A DNA stretch of 64,000 nucleotides, taken from the IMG/VR virus record IMGVR_UViG_3300050132_000038, positions 154,862 through 218,861 of that record. One strand, written 5' to 3'. The notes below the pieces were generated by a model, which saw nothing but the letters and a program-made list of their open reading frames with translations, ran no database searches and had not been told where the DNA came from. A program made the translations under genes and the position numbers. Shown here one piece after another: positions 37,174 to 45,698 of the stretch; within the stretch, counting starts at the first letter, position 1, and every line of letters starts with the position of its first letter.

Positions 37174-38259
37174 TTAAAGTTCTGCGTCAAAGTTAATCCA
37201 GCCTAGTGTAGAAGATCCAACATATATCTCCCCTCCTTGACCACCCGTCCATGTGGCTCCGCTAGCGTTTAATACTACAGTTACCCCTTGAAGGGACATC
37301 CACACTGTGGACGTGCTTGTAGCTGGCGCCAGCTCGGTATAGGTAGCTCCCCAGATATTAAAGTATGTTAGTGTAGGTATTGTCCGCATTAACACTGGAA
37401 ACATTACGGGAACGTACATTTGGGTAGTAGTAACCACAAAACCGGAGGCTACACTAGCAGAGAGTGTTGGAGTCAACACGTTACTAATACGATAGCAATA
37501 GCGTTGGCATAGTGCAAACTCTATACCGGAATGTCGGGTCTCAAACGTAGTGGCGGAGGTCCCTGCTTCTAGCTGGAGATTGGTCAGTGCTATATAGTTA
37601 CCGGTAACTGCTCCCCAGTTAGTAGCACCCATAGCCGTGATATACGCTCCAGTTTGCCACATACCAAGAGTCGAAGTCTGGTACGTACCCGTGTTAAGGA
37701 ATCCAATAGTGCACTGTAAACCTGTAGCGGGACTATTTGGTGTCCCTAACGTTAGTGGTAACATTGATATTGGTATTAGCACTTTCACTGGAGTACTTGC
37801 AACCGCTAGGAATGTAGTAACAAAAGAATTTGTACCAGTGCCATCTATCAGCGCGACACTATACGTACCACTAACGTTGGTCTCAAATATAAAAGATACA
37901 GTTACTGGTTGTCCCAATAAGTCATAGCAGTTGAGCCCTTCTACTCGTTGCTCGATGCCTGACCAATAGTTAGTAGTAGTTGTGCTAACTATAGGGGCGT
38001 TGACTGTTTGGACTACTGCGTTGTGCACGATCCCGTTGTACATTATTGTACCCTGGGACTGTGTGAACTCCCCACCTGCGGTCTCGCCGTTAACTGCAAT
38101 AAATCGATCAGGTCCACCATACCCTGAAGTGGCTGTAGTGGCTGCAAACGCTGGTCGTTGGGCTATATTACAACTCCCATTGATAATCCGATTGCGGAAG
38201 GCCCATTGCTGAGTTACAAGTTCCGGTGTTAAATTTGCAATGTTATTTGTCGCTGACAT
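37174..38259 (-). CDS. Fibre-associated carbohydrate-binding-like protein, paralogue B
   Basis: FRNRIINGSCNIAQR; collinear with 29361..30443. Confidence 0.7.
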   Translation of the reverse strand: MSATNNIANLTPELVTQQWAFRNRIINGSCNIAQRPAFAATTATSGYGGPDRFIAVNGETAGGEFTQSQGTIMYNGIVHNAVVQTVNAPIVSTTTTNYWSGIEQRVEGLNCYDLLGQPVTVSFIFETNVSGTYSVALIDGTGTNSFVTTFLAVASTPVKVLIPISMLPLTLGTPNSPATGLQCTIGFLNTGTYQTSTLGMWQTGAYITAMGATNWGAVTGNYIALTNLQLEAGTSATTFETRHSGIEFALCQRYCYRISNVLTPTLSASVASGFVVTTTQMYVPVMFPVLMRTIPTLTYFNIWGATYTELAPATSTSTVWMSLQGVTVVLNASGATWTGGQGGEIYVGSSTLGWINFDAEL

Positions 38260-38300
38260 TTGTACTCCTTACTTAAACGTAGTTCGCTAAACGTAGTTCG

Positions 38301-41300
38301 CTACGCTGGTTCAAAGATTTCATAAGCAATCATCGAGGTATCGGTTGCGCTAGAACTAGTTATGGTGAATGACGAACCGATCGTTCTGCCTGATACTCGT
38401 ACCCACCCTGGTGTACCTCCATCCATCTGCCCAGTCAAGAATATACGACTGTTAGCAGTAACTGACGTATTGGACACCGTAATAGTGCCAGCTACTAGAG
38501 TCACCACACCCTGCTTGCCGTTAGTAACCTCCGACGCCCTGAACCCCATCTGGGCTGCACTGTACATAGTTGCTCTAGCACTTCCAGTGACCTGCAGCTG
38601 TTCTGCTGTAATCATAGGGACCGCATTACCTAACTGCATAATACCCGCAGCATAGTTAGCAGCCGTACCCATCATGTACAAATTCCAGTTACCCGGTACA
38701 GATGGCAAATTCCCGACGAACCCCATGTTATGAACAGCACCTATCAGCGTTGCATCTGCGTAGTACCCGTATTGGCTAGTTACTGTTGAACCTGTACCAA
38801 ACGTTCCCTGGGTGGCCGAGTAGTGATACAGTGTAGGTAACGTAAACGTTGATGCTGCAGTAGCGCCCATCGTTTTATAGTACGTAGCACTTGTTGTTGC
38901 TGTAGAAGGAACCATCGTCTCCGCAATGGCAGACACAGGCATCGCCGTTATACTGCTCTGCATACCGAACGTAGTTATATCAGTAGCGGTTAACGTTGTA
39001 GCCATTACCGGACCATTAAATGATCCGGCGTATATAGCACCACTAACACCTAAGCCGCCTGTAATAACCTCACTACCAGTCGTCATAGACGTTGAAGGGA
39101 CGTTAGCTTCAAGCATTAACACACCCATGCTATTAAAGCGCCCTGCCTCCGTCTTCGTCACCGACCCACTAGGCGTCACCATGAATGCCACAGCAGTTGG
39201 GTTAGAGGTATCGGTGAATGCACCCTCCGCTACTATATGCACGCTACCAGTTACTAGCGGTTGATACTCAGTAGTACCAAACCCAATACCCCCGAAAGCC
39301 GCGATCACATCTGTGCTCTGTACTGCAGTAGGTATAGCAGCTGTTCCTCTAGCTCCTCGACCTATATAACCAGACGTAGGGTTCATCGTATTATACGAGT
39401 CCAACACCATCTTAGTATTTGTGTCATCAGCTTCGGTAGCTCTAAGCATTGTCCCTACTGGTGCTGGCATCTGGCTGCCGATCGGGGTAACGTTAGCACT
39501 AACAGAAGAAGTCATACCAGCATTAACTGCCCCACTGACACCAAGACCTCCTGTTACAACACCACTACCAGTGAGAACCGAAGTAGAAGGAAGATTAGCC
39601 TCTAACATCAAGACACCCATAGAATTTAACCGCATCTTCTCGGTTCTTACTATGGAGCCTGTAGGAGTTACCTGCCAGGCTATAGCAGTAGCCATAGAGG
39701 TATCGGTGAAGTTCTCCTCAGCCACAAACTGCATAACAGCAGTGCTACCCATCTGGAACATAGTAGTACCATAACCATGTCCGGCTACCAGCCCAATAAT
39801 ATCCGTGTTCTGGATTGCCATAGGCGCTGCCGCAGTGCCCCGTGCTCCACGTAAAGAAACACCGGCCATAGGATTACCCGTGCTCACATAGGCGTCCACA
39901 TCTATCTTCGTTTCTACGCCGTCTGCATTGACCAGCCGAAACACAGTACCCGTAGTAGGTACAGGTAGCATAGACGCTTGGGTGAAGTTAAGATTCACTG
40001 AAGATAGCGATCCTACATTCAGTTCGCCTTCAACACCAAGTCCACCTACTACTGTTACTGCTCCAGTGGTAGTCGAGGTAGATGGAGTGTTATTGCTAAC
40101 GTTCAACGTGGTAAACTTTCCAGCTAGGAACCCGGCCTCTAGCTGACTGAGGAAGTATCCTACCGTGGTGAGCCCTAAGTCCATTGAATTATACCCAACT
40201 AGGGTAGCCCCTGTTGATGAAGCCAACATAGACTTCGGCACAGCATTACTAATACTGAAGATCGTAAACGACGAAATGGTTAGCACTGCACCGATCTGCA
40301 CCTGAGCAATTAACGCTGCATTAATAAGCGTAATGTTCAAGCTGTCAGTAGCCGTATAGTCTACGTTCGGGACTAATCTCAATCCCGCAATGAACACCTC
40401 TATGTAACCAGGAGTATAGCCAGTAGTAAGGAACGTAGTCTGATTCATCATGGTAGCCGTAATCGACTGCTCCATGTGAGTCATCGTGGTAGCTACTTCG
40501 TTCCAAAGGCTCCAGGTGTTCCCTGTTAATCCCCGGAAGTACATAGTCGAGGAAGTGGACACCCGCTGAATAACATCTCCAGGTCCCACCATAGTCAGGG
40601 GTACAACTTCTAACGTGGCTTCCGTTGCCACACCCAAAGGCAAATTCAGGATAGTCCCCACCGTCGAACTGGTTATGTAGTACAACCCAGTTGTCATCAT
40701 CGTGTTCAAGTCTGTATTAGCAGACAAGGCCACCGGATTAACTAAACCTGTGTACGTAGGGATATAAACTTCCACGTCACCTGTGCTAGGATCCGGATAT
40801 TGCATGTTCACCGACTTAACCGGATTGAACGCTAGATCAATCGTACCATCCGTCGCAATGGTAAGGTGCATTTCCGACGTAGCTGGTGCTTTTACTCCAC
40901 CCAACGTAGTGGTAGTAGCAGGCATTAGCGTGTATGGTGCCGGGTAATTCAGTAGGTCGTAATAGTTACCGGTAATGGCAACCTTAGCGATATCGTAGAT
41001 GTCTGAGGCCGTCAGCATCACATCGCCCATCTGCCCATTAACCATCTGCACAGGTGCTTTGGTTTCGTCTACACTAAGTAATCCGGTTGAATCTACCAGA
41101 AGACCGTAGCCCACCATTATAGCGCCCAGCTTCGTCGTGGTAGCCGGGGGCAGATTCATCACCTGGGTTGACAGAATCTGACGACCGAAGACCAGGAATT
41201 CATCACCTACCGCAGGCAACATTGCTAAGGGAGTAGCGAAACCTAGGGTAACTGTGTCTCCGCTGATGACTGCCGTCTCCACGTAGCGGACAATACCGTA

Positions 41301-42002
41301 CAGAGCACCAGTACTAAACTGCAACAGCACTTCACCGAAGTACGCAGGACTCATACCCATTACGTACTGCGACATTGCAATCGTTACGGATTGACTGTCC
41401 ACCGCAGTGATGGTGGCGGTGGTCTGCTGGGCAAAGTCGTAGGCATCAAAGTTCCATAGCCCATTCGTATCTGTATAAGCAAAGAATGCGGACTGATAGC
41501 TAGATGCACCCTGTACAATGTAGGCGTTAGGAACAGCACCGGCAGACGGGGGTAATTGATCTGCGGTTTGCAACACCCCCATGCGGAAGCTATTGCTACT
41601 CTGGTTCAAATTCAACCAGATGTTATAGTTCGTTCCTACTACCGAGACATAAACATCTATAACGATAGAGTTACCTGGGTCAACCGAGGTCAAAGCTAGC
41701 TTCTCGATAAGCTCGGATGAAGTACCCAGAGCAAACAGAGTAGTCCCTACATATAATCCGATCTCACCGAATTGGAAAGGACCAACTGGGTAGTCGATGA
41801 AGCACGACCACTTTACGATGTTAGCGTTAACGGCTAGGGGTAGGCTAGGAGTTCCAGCATACACTTCCGTACCGTGCAGCATCGTGTCGGTAGGCTCTGG
41901 AGTGTAGTTATAATCAGAACCCAACTCGAATGAGGTGAGTGTAATTGGGCCGGTAGCATTCTGTAAAAGCATCGCCCCGGCTGTCGTAAGTTGTATGAGC
42001 AC
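38301..42002 (-). CDS. Long tail fibre
   Basis: N-terminus resembles that of 25497 (GPFQFGEIGLY); two RGARGTAA repeats; C-terminal TVSNTSVTANSRIFLT domain. Confidence 0.8.
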   Translation of the reverse strand: MLIQLTTAGAMLLQNATGPITLTSFELGSDYNYTPEPTDTMLHGTEVYAGTPSLPLAVNANIVKWSCFIDYPVGPFQFGEIGLYVGTTLFALGTSSELIEKLALTSVDPGNSIVIDVYVSVVGTNYNIWLNLNQSSNSFRMGVLQTADQLPPSAGAVPNAYIVQGASSYQSAFFAYTDTNGLWNFDAYDFAQQTTATITAVDSQSVTIAMSQYVMGMSPAYFGEVLLQFSTGALYGIVRYVETAVISGDTVTLGFATPLAMLPAVGDEFLVFGRQILSTQVMNLPPATTTKLGAIMVGYGLLVDSTGLLSVDETKAPVQMVNGQMGDVMLTASDIYDIAKVAITGNYYDLLNYPAPYTLMPATTTTLGGVKAPATSEMHLTIATDGTIDLAFNPVKSVNMQYPDPSTGDVEVYIPTYTGLVNPVALSANTDLNTMMTTGLYYITSSTVGTILNLPLGVATEATLEVVPLTMVGPGDVIQRVSTSSTMYFRGLTGNTWSLWNEVATTMTHMEQSITATMMNQTTFLTTGYTPGYIEVFIAGLRLVPNVDYTATDSLNITLINAALIAQVQIGAVLTISSFTIFSISNAVPKSMLASSTGATLVGYNSMDLGLTTVGYFLSQLEAGFLAGKFTTLNVSNNTPSTSTTTGAVTVVGGLGVEGELNVGSLSSVNLNFTQASMLPVPTTGTVFRLVNADGVETKIDVDAYVSTGNPMAGVSLRGARGTAAAPMAIQNTDIIGLVAGHGYGTTMFQMGSTAVMQFVAEENFTDTSMATAIAWQVTPTGSIVRTEKMRLNSMGVLMLEANLPSTSVLTGSGVVTGGLGVSGAVNAGMTSSVSANVTPIGSQMPAPVGTMLRATEADDTNTKMVLDSYNTMNPTSGYIGRGARGTAAIPTAVQSTDVIAAFGGIGFGTTEYQPLVTGSVHIVAEGAFTDTSNPTAVAFMVTPSGSVTKTEAGRFNSMGVLMLEANVPSTSMTTGSEVITGGLGVSGAIYAGSFNGPVMATTLTATDITTFGMQSSITAMPVSAIAETMVPSTATTSATYYKTMGATAASTFTLPTLYHYSATQGTFGTGSTVTSQYGYYADATLIGAVHNMGFVGNLPSVPGNWNLYMMGTAANYAAGIMQLGNAVPMITAEQLQVTGSARATMYSAAQMGFRASEVTNGKQGVVTLVAGTITVSNTSVTANSRIFLTGQMDGGTPGWVRVSGRTIGSSFTITSSSATDTSMIAYEIFEPA

Positions 42003-42101
42003 GAACCGTTCTCCTTATGCGAATTTCATTTTGTACACGTCATGAAATTGCCTGTCTTGTGTAAATAGACAGATGGACCTAGCTCCTACTGAGAACTGAA
42101 A

Positions 42102-43070
42102 ATGATTGAACTACACGCTATAAAAACTGGCTCCAGGTTTGGGAAACGAAAAGATGTAGCCACCAAGAAGAAGCCTGATACGGTAGTCACCGATCTAATT
42201 AAGGAGTATGCGGATGCCATAGCGAACGTTACGCACTCCAGCAGAGTTAGTCCTGGACGTGTCTTGTACCTTCGCCCCTCCCAGATGCCCTTCTGCCCGA
42301 TTGAGTTTTTTATCAATCATGCAAGCAAGGGTATGTATCGCTCGATGGGCATGGCAGGTGCTATGTATGTCAACATGGGCACCGTAGTCCACACTGTCCT
42401 CCAGCAATACTTGACCAAGAGCGGGAAGATCCTCGGCAACTACAAGTGCCATGAGTGCGGGACATTCCATAAACTTTCGTTCAAGACGGAGTGCTGTGAC
42501 TTCCCTACTGAGTACCACGAGGTTGAGATCTCCGTTGGTGGGATCTCCGGACACATAGATGCCATCTACAAATGGAAAGGGAAACTTTTCATCCTTGACT
42601 TCAAGACCACTGGCTTGAAGTTGGCAGTCAAGAAAGAGAAAGACCCTGGAGCAACCTACCGGGAGCAGATTGAAACATACGCTTATCTGTTCGAGCTGCA
42701 ATACGACATGAAGATCTCGGGTATCATGGATGCGTTTATCATTCGTGATAATCCTAGTGCCGACCCTGCCGTGTGGTATCGTCCATTCACCGACAAGACT
42801 AGAGCGAAGGTAAAGAAGCGGTTAGCTCTGTACAAGAAGATGCACAGACAAACACTCGATGCTTCGACACTGAAAGAAGCTATGGCACTCCTGCAGTACG
42901 GTCGGTGTGCTAATGAGTACTGTGAGTTCTGTACGTCTTGGACGTCCGATGCTACTGTGGAACACAAGATGAAGGAGGCAGTGAGAATTGGTAACGCTAC
43001 CAAGAATACACCGATTAGAGGAATGGCGGAGCGTGCTCTTGCTCGTGAGAAGAAACGTCGAGCACTGTAA
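42102..43070 (+). CDS. Cas4-like PD-(D/E)XK exonuclease
   Basis: RPSQMPFCP, GTVVH, GHIDAI, ILDFKTT, QIETY, C-terminal C...C..C. Confidence 0.75.
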   Translation: MIELHAIKTGSRFGKRKDVATKKKPDTVVTDLIKEYADAIANVTHSSRVSPGRVLYLRPSQMPFCPIEFFINHASKGMYRSMGMAGAMYVNMGTVVHTVLQQYLTKSGKILGNYKCHECGTFHKLSFKTECCDFPTEYHEVEISVGGISGHIDAIYKWKGKLFILDFKTTGLKLAVKKEKDPGATYREQIETYAYLFELQYDMKISGIMDAFIIRDNPSADPAVWYRPFTDKTRAKVKKRLALYKKMHRQTLDASTLKEAMALLQYGRCANEYCEFCTSWTSDATVEHKMKEAVRIGNATKNTPIRGMAERALAREKKRRAL

Positions 43071-43103
43071 ATAGTACAGATGGCATAACTAACGGAGCAA
43101 TAG

Positions 43104-43328
43104 ATGGCAACGAAGAAACCAATACATGAAGCAAAGACGATTACTGTAACTGTGGCTCGCACAGTCCAGCTGAAACAATATGAGCCTGTTGTTGTTACGG
43201 TATCCGAAACTCACGAAGTACGGGAAGGTGAGAGCACCCGTGAAGTTCGTAACGCTGCGTACAACTCAGTAAGCGCTTCGGTTGTTCGTTACGTAGAGCA
43301 TGAAGTTGATAACTACTCTAAGGACTGA
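43104..43328 (+). CDS. Hypothetical protein
   Basis: GGAG RBS; in operon. Confidence 0.6.
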   Translation: MATKKPIHEAKTITVTVARTVQLKQYEPVVVTVSETHEVREGESTREVRNAAYNSVSASVVRYVEHEVDNYSKD

Positions 43329-43330
43329 TT

Positions 43331-43837
43331 ATGGGAATGTTTGATTATATTCAATGTGATCGGTTAGCTCCGGGAGAGCCGGAAGCTTTCCAGACAAAGG
43401 AGCTAGATTGCGATCTTGATATGGTGAAGATCACGAGCGACGGTCGCCTGGTTGTAACTAGCAGACAGAAATGGTTCGCGGCTACTAAAGAAAATACGTA
43501 TGTAGACGTCTATGAGGACCTTAATTACACCGGCAAGATTGAGTTCTGTGGAGACGCTGCTGGAACGTTTGGAGAGTACTACGCGCAGTTCCTAGACGGT
43601 CAACTGATTGGCATTTGGAAGCTCCGTACCTTCAGTGAGCTCTACACGTACTACAGCTGGGAACGAGAGCAGGAGTACAAAGCAGAGTGGGCAAGGCGTA
43701 AGGCACTCCCTATAGAAGAACAGGAAAGGCTGAGAAAAGAAGCTGCGGATAAATTAGGGGAGTCTATATCCTCCTATATCTTTGCCACCGCTAACCGTAC
43801 CGGCTTCATACGTAAATTCCTTAACAAGTCTAATTGA
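43331..43837 (+). CDS. Conserved phage hypothetical (MGMFDYI...FQTK type)
   Basis: Recognisable N-terminal pattern; function unknown. Confidence 0.6.
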   Translation: MGMFDYIQCDRLAPGEPEAFQTKELDCDLDMVKITSDGRLVVTSRQKWFAATKENTYVDVYEDLNYTGKIEFCGDAAGTFGEYYAQFLDGQLIGIWKLRTFSELYTYYSWEREQEYKAEWARRKALPIEEQERLRKEAADKLGESISSYIFATANRTGFIRKFLNKSN

Positions 43838-43839
43838 AC

Positions 43840-44961
43840 ATGGCAACTACAAAACCCACTCCCCAACAAGACGATGATCGTAGTTTCCATGTTAAATATA
43901 GGCCGGACTCGCTATCAAAAATAATCGGGCATGAGACTGCAGTTACTCGATTGCGGGGCATGCTCGAACGTCCACCCGCAGCACTTCTTATCGTGGGGCC
44001 CACCTCGGCAGGTAAGACCACCTTGGCCCGGGCATTCGCAGCGGAAGTAAACGGCCGCCCTGTGTCCTCGCAGCAAGATTACAAAGAGATCAACGCGGCA
44101 TCGACCCGTGGTATAGACGACATGCGTGAGCTTGAGAAGCTGTCCAAGTTCAAGCCAATGAACAAGAAACGCATAATCGTAATTGACGAATCGCAGGCGC
44201 TAGTAGCGAACCCTGCGGCAGCCGCTGTTTTGCTAAAGCCACTGGAAGAACCTAGCCGCGATACCATCTGGATTTTGGCGTCGATGGACCCATCAAAGTT
44301 TACGTCGGGTAATGGTAAAGCGATCTCCAACCGCTGCAAAATTATTTCTCTTGAGCCACACACCCCAAGTGATCTATTGAAGCAAGCACTGAGGATCTCT
44401 AAGGGTGAGAGCATGACTTATGTTCTCGACGAAGAGCGGGCCTTATTGAAGTCAGTAGTTAGGGCATCGGGTGGGGAGATGCGAACACTGGCTAACGTTA
44501 TGGAAAATCTATTCGACTACTATAACGGGCTAGAGAAAAAGCCGAAGATGTTGACTAAGGATCACATCACAGAAGTTCTATCATCCTCCGAATCTAGTGA
44601 TGATAAGCTAGCTGTAGATATGATGGTTGCTTTGTATAGCTTCAAGTACGCGCAGGTTCAACGTTGTTTGATTGACGTTGCCGATCCCTTTAGCTTCCTC
44701 AGAAAAATCGGATACCTATCATCCTTCCTGCTGAACAACACAGTACTAGAAGGAGCTAGACACAGTAAGGTTTGGTGGTCCCCAGCAAACAAAGAGTTGG
44801 TTAGCCGAACGAAAAGCCTTAACTTGAACCTCGGGGTTATAGCAGCAGTGAATGCCACCCTGGTTCGCGTGCAAGGTCAGGCAGCATCTTTCCAAGTACC
44901 GGCGACTGAACTCCTCTCAGCAGAGTTGTACTTTCTTATCAAGCAGCTATCAACGAAATGA
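43840..44961 (+). CDS. Clamp loader ATPase, DnaX (gamma/tau)-like
   Basis: KYRPDSLSKIIGH, GPTSAGKTTLAR, EINAASTRGIDD, IVIDESQ, LKPLEEP, ISNRC. Confidence 0.9.
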   Translation: MATTKPTPQQDDDRSFHVKYRPDSLSKIIGHETAVTRLRGMLERPPAALLIVGPTSAGKTTLARAFAAEVNGRPVSSQQDYKEINAASTRGIDDMRELEKLSKFKPMNKKRIIVIDESQALVANPAAAAVLLKPLEEPSRDTIWILASMDPSKFTSGNGKAISNRCKIISLEPHTPSDLLKQALRISKGESMTYVLDEERALLKSVVRASGGEMRTLANVMENLFDYYNGLEKKPKMLTKDHITEVLSSSESSDDKLAVDMMVALYSFKYAQVQRCLIDVADPFSFLRKIGYLSSFLLNNTVLEGARHSKVWWSPANKELVSRTKSLNLNLGVIAAVNATLVRVQGQAASFQVPATELLSAELYFLIKQLSTK

Positions 44962-45308
44962 CATCTGAAAAACTTGAGATTCTTAAGAAGCTTAGACAAT
45001 TAGAGTTCTTCATCAAGGATGGTAAATACGGTGTACGTACCTACTCCCTAAGCCCTATTCGGGTACACTCTCGGAAACTCGATAGTGTTGAAGCAGTGCT
45101 TGTCTACGCGCAGACTGTAATTAATGAGTGCGGGGGCAGGACACACGAGATCGGTAGTGTTAACGAGTTTGTGACCGCACACCTTAGTGAAGGTTCCACC
45201 TGTATTATCGAATTCCTGTGTGTGCCCGAATTGTGCGAGAAGTTCCTTCTCGAGCACGGACATGCTACTTCGTTAAGTGAACTAAGTAATCTTTTAACCT
45301 CAAAATGA
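44958..45308 (+). CDS. Hypothetical protein
   Basis: ATGA overlap with the upstream stop. Confidence 0.55.
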   Translation: MTSEKLEILKKLRQLEFFIKDGKYGVRTYSLSPIRVHSRKLDSVEAVLVYAQTVINECGGRTHEIGSVNEFVTAHLSEGSTCIIEFLCVPELCEKFLLEHGHATSLSELSNLLTSK

Positions 45309-45315
45309 GAAAATT

Positions 45316-45693
45316 ATGGCACACGGAATGGCACTTGTAGTAAGTAGGGACCCGCTCAGCCTCATGGCGCAGCACATTATTGATTACGATCAGCCAGAGA
45401 GTACGTACAAGGGAAAGAACTGTGATGGTGCAGGCTTGTTCAGAGGGCTCCCGAGCAAGAAAACTAAGAAGCTTAGAGCCTCACTTCTGAGCAACGACCT
45501 TGACACTGAGAAATTAGACTTTTCGTTTCTAGCAGGTATCGTTACTGATAAGGGTTGGTATAAACTAGAGGACAACGGTACGCCAGATGAGGGCTACGCT
45601 CCGATCAAGAATTTAACTATTAAGAAAGCCCTGAAGATGCTGAAAGATCTTCCTACAGGTACTTTGCTGACTTCTTTTGACTGCCACTTCTAA
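45316..45693 (+). CDS. Hypothetical protein (C-terminal FDCH motif)
   Basis: IVTDKGWY...FDCHF pattern. Confidence 0.55.
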   Translation: MAHGMALVVSRDPLSLMAQHIIDYDQPESTYKGKNCDGAGLFRGLPSKKTKKLRASLLSNDLDTEKLDFSFLAGIVTDKGWYKLEDNGTPDEGYAPIKNLTIKKALKMLKDLPTGTLLTSFDCHF

Positions 45694-45698
45694 GTAAT

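Noticed and set aside
38274-38301. 14-bp tandem duplication TAAACGTAGTTCGC after the fibre stop codon
   Set aside because: Real, but most simply a slippage event in a spacer with no evident function.
29361-42002. Diversity-generating retroelement or invertible fibre cassette
   Set aside because: No reverse transcriptase, near-identical TR/VR pair, recombinase or flanking inverted repeats in the window; the paralogues are broadly diverged.
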